DNA from: Squalus acanthias
Lineage: Eukaryota
NCBI GenBank assembly: GCA_030390025.1
Contig: CM059432.1
Location: 135,596,001 to 135,656,000, forward strand
Reading direction: 5' to 3'
DNA: 60,000 nt
Shown here: piece after piece, positions 1-10,242 of the stretch
Position numbering within the stretch: position 1 is the stretch's first letter
Layout of the letters: the number at the start of each line of letters is the position of its first letter
The notes under the pieces: model-generated
What the model was told of the DNA's origin: nothing
Database searches by the model: none
Seen by the model: the letters and a program-made list of their open reading frames with translations, nothing else
Translations under genes and position numbers: made by a program

Positions 1-821
1 CAGTTTGGATTTAGAAAACTGAAGGGGACGTGAGTGCTGAAGAGATCAAATTTAATGTCCAGGGGGAGGGGGGGGGGGCGTTGTCTGGGGGCAGGTAATG
101 CAGTTTTGTCAATTTGGACCTTACCATAATTCAGCATTTCAAGTCAAAAATAATTTCTCCTCGAAGGTTTAAAATATGTTAAAATAATAAAAGTAGTTGT
201 AATGACCTCAATGCAACTTTACAGGCTTCACTCCATTCATTGGAAATCTAACCACATATATCATGCTAATTTGTAAACTGAAACCTTTTACAACACACCC
301 GCACAATAATCCCAACTGGCAGTGCATTTTACATTCACAAGACAAAACTAGCTCATTGTTACTGGTTCCTTGGCCTGAACCCTACTGCAGCCAGAGACAG
401 GCAATAAAATTACCTGGATTGAGGATATGCTGATTTATCTACTTTAAATAAATAATATTTATTATCAAATAAATATCAGGGAGAATAAGGATAAGTCAAA
501 TCATTGAAACAATACCTTAGAACAAAGTATTGATGAAGGCTCACACAGAAGCATTAGCCTGTCTTTTTCCTCTTATACGCTGATCAACCTAGCTCCACTG
601 GGTTGGTGCCCTGCTGCACTCCCTCCTTGATAGTGATGGGGGAGTGAGGGATGCGTTGGGCCATGGAGTACTCAATGTGGTGGTATACAATTCTTTTGGT
701 GCTAATGGCCCACAGCACATTATAGATACCCAACTTTAGGCTGCTAGGTCTGGCCCACTTAGCACAGTGGTCGTGCCATGTTACATGATGGAGGGTGTCC
801 TCAATATGAAGATAAGACTTT

Positions 822-1088
822 GGGCTGGATTTTGATACTGGGGCGGGTTGGGGTCGTGTCATCCACATTTCGTGTTATCCACCCGACTGCAATTGGATGT
901 GGGAGATTGATGCAATTTTCACCTAATTGGGCAATTGAGTTCCAGCATGTGGGAACCCATGAACCAATTAGTGGTTTCAGTCTGAAAGTCACCTCTGATG
1001 ATGTCATCATTGATGCTGCATTGCAGGTCAGAGACTGCCTGGCCTTTGCTGTGAGAGGACCTGGATGCAAAATGAGCAGCAGCTCTAT

Positions 1089-1120
<32 letters not shown>

Positions 1121-1501
1121 GTTGCTCCACCACTCCCAGATGCCAGCCAGCCAGCCACTCACTGATACTCAGCACAGCCACTGATATTCAGCTATCCACA
1201 TGTGCTCCCACCAGGTTTCACAATCGTGTTTCAGAACAGGCGTGCTTCACGTAGAACAAGGGTTAAAATCATAAAGGCCTTTCAAAATGGCATTATAGAG
1301 CCAATTTAGTGCTTGTTAAGGGCCTTAACAGCCTATCCTGTCTCTTAAAGGCGGGACGCAGGCGGGACCAGCAGACACGATTTCATCAAAATTGCGTGGA
1401 GGCGGGATGGAGGCGGACTTGTGCCCGCCCGCCACTTTTCACAATTTTAACCCCCCACACGCCTCCAAACCCGCCTCCACGGGTCAATGAAAATCCAGCC
1501 C
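822..1501. mobile_element. Non-autonomous PIF/Harbinger-type DNA transposon (MITE-like), copy 1
   Basis: Perfect 12-bp TIRs GGGCTGGATTTT / AAAATCCAGCCC, 3-bp TSD TTT (819-821, 1502-1504); near-identical inverted copy at 9258-9943. Confidence 0.85.
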
Positions 1502-2206
1502 TTTGTCTTCACAAGGGCTATGTGTTGGTCACACCTACCATTGCTATCATGGACAAAGCTGCCTGTGACAGGCTAGTGAAAATATGTTAAGTAGGTTATT
1601 AACTTGACTTGGTTCCCTAATTATCTGGTGGAAGTCCAATCTGACAGCTATGCAGCTATGTTCTTCAGGATTAGGCCAACTCAATGGCGGTACCACCAGG
1701 CCATTCTTGTTGGTGGACATTAAAGTCCCCCATCCAGAACCTTGTGGGATTGGAATCATATGTTGGCCAGAAGGGTAGGGGTATCAAGTTTCCTTCCCTG
1801 AAATAAATATTTCACAAAGGTATTTCATTCAACTCAATCAGAGGCCTTCTCTGTGACTAAATTGGTAGAAGGACTAAGCTATCATTATGTGTGATCAATG
1901 AATAATATCAAGCATGTTATCAGACATTGATGGCTAAATGCTTTCCATAGATAAATCCTGTCTGGCCCAGATGAATTTATTTAGTGATTAAATTATAAAA
2001 GTTTGTCACCAGAATTTTAGTGAATGTTTTAGAGTTTCAATTCAATCGCTGCAGTTTTGTAGGAATAGTTATCCTTTTAATTATAATATCAAATATACAC
2101 CTATTTCATACCATGTGTCAGACATAGTGGCTGGACTTTGGTGGTGGTTCTCCCGCTCATCCACCGTAACTAAGGTGGAAGATCAGCAGAAAGCCCATGG
2201 AAAGGG

Positions 2207-2368
2207 TCGGCCAGGAGAGCATTGGAATAGTCGAGTCGAGAGGTAACAAATGCATGGATGAGGGTTTCAGCAGCAGATGAGCTGAGGCAGGGGCAGAGAT
2301 GGGCAATGTTGCAGAGGTGGAAGTAGACGGTCTTGGTGATGGAGAAGATATGGGATCGGATGCTCAGT
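2207..2368 (-). mobile_element. L2-clade LINE ORF2 fragment
   Basis: Translates to HIFSITKTVYFHLCNIAHLCPCLSSSAAETLIHAFVTSRLDYSNALLA, the typical L2 post-RT region. Confidence 0.85.
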
Positions 2369-2432
2369 TCAGAAAATTCAAAAATGAGAAGTCGCACAAC
2401 ACCAGGTTATAGTCCAACAGTTTCTTCGTCGG

Positions 2433-3026
2433 GTTTGTTACCTCTAGACTCGACTATTCCAATGCTCTCCTGGCCGACCTCCCACCTTACACCCTCTGTG
2501 AACCTGAGCTCCTCCAAAACTCTCCTGCCTGTTTCCTAAGTTGCACCAAGTCCTGTTCACCCCTCACCCCTGTGCTTGCTGACCTCCCTTGGCTCCCGGT
2601 TAAGCAACGCCTCAATTTCAAAATTCTCATCCTTGTTTTCAAATCCCTCCATGGCCTCACCCCTCCCTATCTCTGTAATCTCCTTCAGCCCCACAACCCC
2701 CTGAGATATCTGCGCTCCTCTAATTCTGCCCTCTTGAGCATCCCTGATCATAATCGCTCAACCATCAGCTGCCTAGGCCCTAAGCTCTGGAACTCCCTCC
2801 CTAAACCTCTCCAACTCTTTATCTCTCTTTCTTCCTTTAAGACGCTCCTTAAAACCTACCTCTTTGACCAAGCTGTTGGTCATCTGCCCTAATTTCTTCT
2901 TATGTGGCTTGGTGCCAAATTTTTGTCTTATAATACTCCTGAGAAGCATCTTGGGACGTTTTACTATGTTAAAGGTGCTATATAAATACAAGTTGTTGTT
3001 GTTGTTGTATATAAATGCAAGTTGTT
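2433..3026 (+). mobile_element. L2 LINE 3' fragment with (GTT)n tail
   Basis: FVTSRLDYSNALLA...LPWLPVKQRLNFKILILVFKSLHGLTPPYL...KLWNSLP...FKTLLKTYLF, ending gctatataaatacaagttgttgttg. Confidence 0.9.
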
Positions 3027-3130
3027 ACATAGGATATACAGCACAGTAACAGGCCATTCGGCCCAACCAGTCCATGTCGACGTTTATGCATGACTCAAGC
3101 CTCCTCATCTAACTCTATCAGCATAACCCT
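3027..3130 (-). mobile_element. CR1 LINE 3'-end fragment
   Basis: acagcacagtaacaggccattcggcccaaccag is the reverse complement of the CR1 3' terminus seen at ~10190-10240. Confidence 0.7.
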
Positions 3131-3543
3131 CATGTCATTGGAAGAGGTCCTAGAATCTATTATTTCTATGCAGTGAGGGAATGTCTCGAGTCCTCATACA
3201 TTTTTTCAAATAAAACTGTTGGACTATAACCTGGTGTTGTGCGACTTCTCATTTTTGTCCACCCCAGTCCAACACTGGCATCTCCGCATCACAGAAAATT
3301 CAAGTAAGCCCTGTCAATTGCATACCAAACCACAAAGTAACTACAACAGCAACTTACATTTATATAGCGTCATTGACGTAGTAAAACATCCCAAGGTACT
3401 TTACTATAGGTTATGTCTGGAAAATTGTTGGATTCAGACTTATAGAAGTGCAATAAAAATGTCACAACTCCTCCAAGGGCTTAATGAGATTATCCATTAA
3501 GTAGCCATTCCAACCAGGACAGTCTGAGGTTTGATCTTAGTCT

Positions 3544-3764
3544 ACATAAGAACATAAGAAATAGGAGCAGGAGTAGGCCACACGGCCTCTCGAGCCTGCT
3601 CCACTATTCAATAAGATCATGGCTGATCTTCTACATCAACTCCACTTTCCCGCCCTAGCCCCGTATCCCTTGATTCCCTTAGTGTCCAAAAATCTATTGT
3701 TCTCAGTCTTGAATATACTCAACGACTGAGCATCCACAGCCCTCTGGGGTACAGAATTCCAAAG
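3544..3764 (-). mobile_element. CR1 LINE 3' fragment
   Basis: Begins acataagaacataagaa (reverse complement of the TTCTTATG terminal repeat); matches 7185-7397. Confidence 0.9.
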
Positions 3765-3769
3765 TTGTA

Positions 3770-4040
3770 CTGATAAGATAATTCCATCAGGGGCTGATGT
3801 AGGGGCACTACAATTGAGCTCAGCGTTTCTTATTTAGGGAGGCGAAAATAAGCCAGGACATCTGCTCCTGATTACTATGCAATTATCAATGCTGCAAGTG
3901 CATGTCTGTTGACATTTAGTACAGACAAGATCGGGCTCAACTGTAGTGTCTTCACAGTTGAATATCCTACTGCCATTCAGTGTCAAGGCACATACATGAA
4001 GAATGGTCACTTGGTGTGGTACCAGAAGGTGACTGGCACT
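3770..4040 (+). repeat. Old SINE-like interspersed repeat (family not named); related copies at ~16060-16320 and ~51640-51840
   Basis: Shared blocks (caattggcctc...ttagggagg...gtgaggacagga...gttgaatagc...aagaatggccacttg-like) in three places in the window. Confidence 0.5.
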
Positions 4041-4384
4041 TATACCAATGTTACCCAGGAGGAGATAGGGGATGAAGAAATTGGTGAAGGAAAATTGCTC
4101 AAGAAGTCCATGTTGACCAATTAATAGTTTGTCAATCCCAGTGGTGTACCGTCGAGCTTCTTCCACAGGGCATAATCCACTATATATTGTTGAGTTGATG
4201 CCCATGGTATGTTGATTTCATAAATAGATGCACTATTATATATTTTGGGTGAGGGGAAAATTTAGTTCTCTCATAGCTTATATCAGAGCTGTTTTTGTTA
4301 ATATCATTCTTATGTTGGTATTCAAGGACCTTGATTCTATCTTCCAGAATAGTTTGAGAGCCTAAGTATTGCAGTGAATTGGGT

Positions 4385-7300
4385 AAAGATAAGCAGGGTG
4401 TGACAGGAAGGGACAGAGAGTTTAAAGGTAATAGTGCATCAGCGAATAAGGGGAAAGCAGGGAATAATGGTAAAAAGTTAAAATTAAAGGCTCTTTACCT
4501 GAATGCACAAAGCATCCATAACAAAATAGACAAATTAGTGACATAAATAGAGATAAATGGGTATGACTTAATAGTCGTTACAGAGACATGGTTGCAAGGT
4601 GACCAGGGTTGGGAACTGAATATTCCAGGGTACTTGATGTTTCGAAAAGACAGGCAGACTGGAACAGGAGGGGAAGTGTGTGTGTGTGTGTGTGGGGGGG
4701 GGCGGGGGGGAGGGTGTAGCCCTGATAAAGTATGACATAAGGAAAGTAGTGAGAAAGGATCTTGGCTCGGAAGATCAGGAAGTGGAATCAGTATGGGTGG
4801 AGATAAGAAATAACAAGGGACAAAAAACAGTGGTGGGAGTAGTTTATAGGCCCCCTAACAGTAGTTATACCAGTGGAAAGAGTATTAATCAAGAAATAAT
4901 AGGAGCTTGTAACAAAGGTAATGCAATAATCATGGGGGACTGTAATCTTCATAGAGACTGGGCAAATCAAATTGGCAAGGGTAGTCTGGAGGATGAGTTC
5001 ATGGAATGCATTCAAGACAGTTTCCTTGAATACGTCATGGAACCAACCAGGGGACAGGCTCTTTTAGATCTTGTTTTGTGTAATGGGACCGGGTTAATTG
5101 GTAATCTTATGGTAAAGGATCTTCTAGGGAAGAGTGATCATAATATGATAGAATTACACATTGAGTTTGATAGTGAAATACTTAAATCCGAAACTAGAGT
5201 CTTAAACTTAAATAAAGCCAATTATATAGGTATGAGAGGCAAGTTGTCTAAGGTAGATTGGGAAATTAGATTACAAGGTGTGATGGTAGATAAGCAGTGG
5301 CAAACATTTAAAGAAATATTCCAAAATTCTCAACAAATGTACATTCCATTGAGAAATAAAAACTCTATGGGAAACTTGATCCATCTGTGGCTAACTAAAG
5401 AAGTTAAGGATAGTATTAGATTAAAAGAAGAGACTTATAATGTTGCAAAGAATAGTAGTAAACCTGAGGATTGGGAGAGCTTTAGAAACCAGCAAAGGAT
5501 GACCAAAAAATTGATTAAAAAGGGAGAAAATAGAACGAGAGTAAATTAGCAAGTAATATAAAAACAGATTGTAAGAGCTTCTACAAGTATGTAAAAAGGA
5601 AAAGAGTTGCTTTGGAGGCTGAGACAGGAGAAATTATATTGGGGAACAAGGAAATGGCGAAGACTTTAAACAAATATTTTGTATCTGTGTTCACAGTAGA
5701 AGACACAAAAAGTATACCAAAAATAGTGGGGAACCAAGGGGCTAATGAGAGGGAGGAACTTAAAGTATATAATATCAGTAGAGAAAAAGTACTTGAAAAA
5801 CTAATGGGACTAAAAACCAACAAATCCCCTGGATCCGATGGCCTACATCCTAAGGTTATAAAGAGGTGGCTGCAGAGATAGTGGATGCATTGGTTGTGAT
5901 CTTCCAAAATTCCCTAGATTCTGGAACTGTCCCAGCGGATTGGGAGGTAGCAAATATGACCCCCGCTATTCAAGAAAGGAGGGAGAGAGAAAACAGGGAA
6001 CTACAAGCCAGTTAGCCTGACATCAGTCGTCGGGAAAATGCTGTAATCCATTATTAAGGAATTGGTAACAGGGCACTTAGAAAATCATAATGTGATTAGA
6101 CAGAGTCAACATGGTTTTATGAAAGGGAAATCATATTTGACAAATTTACTAGAGTTTTTTGAGGATGTAACTAGCAGGGTAGTTAAAGGGGAACTAGAGG
6201 ATGTAGTATATTTGGATTTTCAAAAGGCATTCGATAAAGTGTCACATAAAAGGTTGTTATGCAAGATTTGGGTACATTGGGTTGGGTGTAATGTATTAGC
6301 ATGGATAGAGGAGTGGTTAACGGACAGAAAACAGAGAGTAGGATAAACGGGCCATTTTCAAATTGGCAGGCTGTAACTATTGGGGTGCCGCAAGGATCAG
6401 TGCTTGGGCCTCAGCTATTTACAATCTATATTAATGACTTAGATGAAGGGATCGAGTGTAATGTATCCAAATTTGCTGACAATACAAACTAGGTGGGAAA
6501 GTAAGCCATGAGGAGGACAGAAAGAGTCTGCAAAGGGATATAGACAGGTTAATAGAGTGGGCAATAAGGTGGCAGATGGAGTATAATGTGGGGAAATGTG
6601 AGGTTATTCACTTTGGTAGGAAGAATAGGAAAACAGAATATTTTTTTAAATGGTGAGAAACTATTAAATGTTGGTGTTTGGAGAGATTTAGGTGTCCTAG
6701 TACAAGAAACACAGAAAGTTAGCATGCAAGTACAGCAAGCAATTAGGAAGGCAAATGGCATGTTGGCCTTTATTGCAAGGGGATTGGAGTACAAGAGTAA
6801 GGAAGTATCACTACAATTGTACAGGGCCTTGGTGAGACCACAACTGGAGTACTGTGCACAGTTTTGGTCTCCTTATCTAAGGAAGGATATACTTGCCTTA
6901 GAGGTGGTGCAACAAAGGTTCACTAGATTGATTCCTGGGATAAGCGGGTTGTCCTATGAGGAGAGATTGAGTAGATTGGGCCTATACTCGCTCGAGTTTA
7001 GAAGAATGAGAGGTGATCTCATTGAAACATATAAGATTCTGAGGGGGATTAACATAATAGATGCTCAGAGATTGTTGCCCCTGGCTGGAGAGTCTAGAAC
7101 TAGGGGGCATAATCTCAGGATAAGGAGTCGGCCTTTTTAAGACTAAATGAGGACGAATTTCTTCACTCAGAGGGTTGTGAATCTTTGGAATTCTCTGCCC
7201 CAAAGGGCTGTGGATGCTTAGTCATTGAGTATATTCAAGGCTGAGATAGATAGATTTTTAGACTCCAGAGGAGTTGAGGGATATGGGGATAGGGCAGGAA

Positions 7301-7399
7301 AGTGGAGTTGACATTGAAGATTAGCCATGATCTTATTGAATGGCAGAGCAGGCTCGAGGGGCCGTGTGGCCCAGTCTTGCTCCTAATTCTTATGTTCTT
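4385..7399 (+). mobile_element. CR1 LINE, 5'-truncated, nearly complete but disrupted ORF2 (APE endonuclease + reverse transcriptase)
   Basis: EN motifs (YLNA, ETWL, GVVYRPP, IMGD, LDLVL, SDHN), RT motifs ([28 protein letters not shown]), C-terminal VRPQLEYCAQFWSP, terminal ttcttatgttctta; several stops and frameshifts. Confidence 0.95.
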
Positions 7400-7509
7400 A
7401 TACTTCCCTTTGTCCTTGTAATAATATCATCCATAATACAGGCTTAGCATTTTTGCAAAGGAACAGAGAGGTAATTTTTGGATTTTGATTAATATTCAGG
7501 CAGCTATTG

Positions 7510-8183
7510 GGTTGAATTTCCATGGGGATTCTCCTGCACATCCATTGTAAGTTAAGTAGAAGAGCCACAGAAACCCTGGAAAAACAGCATATGCCAAAGT
7601 TTCGGTGGACAAGCAGAAGAAGAAATAGCTCTGGTCTACTGTGCGCAGATCTGGACACCATACTACGAAAAGGATATAGAGGCACTGGAGAAGGTGCAAA
7701 AAGATTTACAAGGATGATACCAGAACTGAGAGGTTATAACTATCAGGAAAAACTGAACAGGCTGGGGTTGATCTAATAGAGGTCTTTAAAATTATGAAGG
7801 GGTTTGATAGGGTAGACACAGAGAAGACGTTCGAGCCTGCTCCGCCATTCAATAAGATCATGGCTAATCTGGGAGAGACTAAAACCAGGGATCATAAATA
7901 TAGCCACTAATAAATCCTATAAGGAGTTCAGGAGAAATCTCTTTACCCAGAGAGTGGTTAGGATGTGGAACTCGCTACCACAAGGAATAGATGAGGTGAA
8001 TAGCATAGATGCATTTAAGGGGAAGCTAGATAAACACATGAGGAAGAAAGGAATAGAAGGATATGCAGATAGGGTTAGAAGAAATAGGGTGGGAGGAGGC
8101 TGGTGTGGAGCATAAACACCGGTACCTGACCGGTTGGGCAGAATGGCCTGGTTCTTTGCTGTAAATTCTATGTAATTCTATGT
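7510..8183 (+). mobile_element. CR1 LINE 3' fragment (second subfamily)
   Basis: RFTRMIPELRG..E.LNRLGL motif and terminal attctatgtaattctatgt. Confidence 0.85.
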
Positions 8184-8700
8184 CACCCTCACGGAAATTC
8201 ACCGCCTATGTCTTTGGGAACTAAAAAAGTTGGGTAACTACCAAAAGAGCGACATTGCGCTTGCAATTACAAGACTGTGGCGGCAGTTCACCGAGGAGGA
8301 ATCAAAAGATTAATTGGTGCAAGATTCAACAAAACTGTAGAGACTATCAAATACTCATGAATTGCAGCAACCTAATCTAACAGTTTTAGAAATGTAGGTT
8401 TCATACAAGTATGAAAACCAATTTGAATCCAAAGGTGTGAGGGTAGACTTGTAGCGAGCCAAAATAAAATACAATATGCTTACCCATTCCTGATGGCTAA
8501 TATGGTGTTGCACAGTGTTTATCACCACAAGAAATATCTCAAGAGGCTTGTGTTTAAAATTTTGAAACCATTTTTTTTTCCACTAGTGAGATGGCAGAAA
8601 GCAACATGTGATCAATGACAATATCTTCTGCCATGATGGGAAATATTTGGTGGATTAGCATAGGTACCCCTACTCTTTGCTTTGGGGTGTGAGACACCTA

Positions 8701-9240
8701 GGGCTGGATTTTCCTCCCATTCGCAGTTCAGTGGCAGGGCAGGACATCTACCTTCCCTATATGACCCCACCTTTAACCTGCTCAAGTTTCCTGGACTGGT
8801 CCTCATTAGTTGTGTAGGGCAAGATAACAATGGTAAAACCACTGCCTTATTGGTTTACCATCACTGGAAGGGAGGTGAATTCAGTGATGCTGCAATGTTT
8901 AAAATATTGAAGCTGATTAAAGGTTTCTTTAGCACAGCTTCGTTGTTTTTTTGGCAGCAGAGCAGTGCGGCCTTGATTGAGGAGCAGCTTCAGGGGGACA
9001 GCAGCAACAAGAGCTCCCAGAGCTGCTGCTGATTTTAGCAGAAGTAAAGTCCAGAGAAAAGATCTCCAAGGAATGAGGGCATGAAGCTCCATAAGAGGGT
9101 GGTCCAGATTTTATAGAGGGATGTGTCAGAGGCAGTGAGTGCAGCCTCCGCCACCCAGGAACTGCCACACCGTGCACAAAGATGTCTAATGACTTCACAA
9201 GGTTGGCCAAGGTAAGTGGAGGGAATGTTCCCCATGCACA
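8701..9240 (+). mobile_element. Decayed Harbinger element 5' end with Myb/SANT-like ORF remnant
   Basis: Starts with GGGCTGGATTTT; ~9110-9217 reads across frameshifts RDVSEAVSAAS...C.KMSNDFTRLAK followed by GTAAGT, resembling the Harbinger Myb/SANT protein motif W.EVA..V......QC.K.FNDL. Confidence 0.5.
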
Positions 9241-9257
9241 TGAAAGATAGAGGCAAT

Positions 9258-9943
9258 GGGCTGGATTTTCATTGACACGTGGAGGTGGGTTTGGAGGCGT
9301 GTGGTAGGTTAAAATTGCGAAAATTGGCGGGCGGGCACAAGCCCGCCTCCATCCCGCCTCCACACAATTTTAATTAAATCGTGTCTGCTGATCCCGACTC
9401 CGTCCCGCCTCTAAGAGGCGGGATAGGCTGTTAAGGCCCTTAACAAGCACTAAATTGCCTCTATAATGCCATTTTGAAAGGCCTTTGTGATTTTAACCCT
9501 TTTTCTACGTGAAGCACGCCTGTTCTGAACCACGAATGTGAAACCTGGCGGGAAGCACGGCTGGCTGGCCGGCCGCTGGCCGGCTGGCCAGCTATGGGGA
9601 TGCATATATGGATGGCTATGTGGAGGAGACATATCTGGGAGTGGTGGAGGAGACATATCTGGGAGCAGACTTAGGGCTGCTGCTGCTCATTTTGCATCCA
9701 GGTCCTCTCACAGCAAAGGCCAGGCAGTGTTTGAAGACCTTCAATGCAGCAGCAATGATGACATCATCAGAGGCGACTTTCAGACTGAAAACACTAATTG
9801 GTTCATGGGTTCCCACATGCTGGAACTCAATTGCCCAATTAGGTGAAAATTGCATCAATCTCCCACATCCAATTGCAGTCGGATGGATAACACGAAAAGT
9901 GGATGACACGACCCCAACCCACCCCAGTATCAAAATCCAGCCC
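9258..9943. mobile_element. Non-autonomous PIF/Harbinger-type DNA transposon, copy 2 (inverted relative to copy 1)
   Basis: Same 12-bp TIRs; 3-bp TSD AAT (9255-9257, 9944-9946); internal ~24-bp tandem duplication tggaggagacatatctgggag. Confidence 0.85.
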
Positions 9944-10029
9944 AATGACTTACCTCCCATGCCCTTTCAGTCTCATTATATGGGTGACAGGAAACATGGC
10001 CTATTCACAGGGAACCTCTGGAAACAGAT

Positions 10030-10242
10030 GAAACTACCACAAGGAGTAGTTGAGACGAATAGCATAGATGAATTTAAGGGGAAGCTAGATAAACACCGGA
10101 AGAAGGAAGGAATAGGAGATTATGCTGATAGGATTAGATAAAGAGGGGTGGGAGGAGGCTCGTGTGGAGCATTAACATCAGCATGAACCAGTTGGGCCGA
10201 ATGGCCTGTTTTTGTGCTGTACATTCTATGTAATTCTGTGTA
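10030..10242 (+). mobile_element. CR1 LINE 3' fragment
   Basis: LPQGVVETNSIDEFKGKLDK and terminal attctatgtaattctgtgtaa; similar to 7975-8183. Confidence 0.85.

Larger units (their letters stand above)
2382..3291 (+). mobile_element. Penelope-like-derived fold-back element (family B) with internal cargo
   Basis: Inverted arms ~2380-2422 and ~3205-3255 (ggactataacctggtgttgtgcgacttctc), tail ending ...catctccgcatca, flanked by 12-bp direct repeat cagaaaattcaa (2370-2381, 3292-3303). Confidence 0.6.

Noticed and set aside
778..1590. ORFs duplicated at 8929-10141, suggesting a gene pair
   Set aside because: They lie within the two MITE copies and show no protein features
4060..4130. VHVDQL motif resembling a Gypsy integrase C-terminus
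   Set aside because: Only a few residues, needs a frameshift, and no LTR or other pol motifs are nearby
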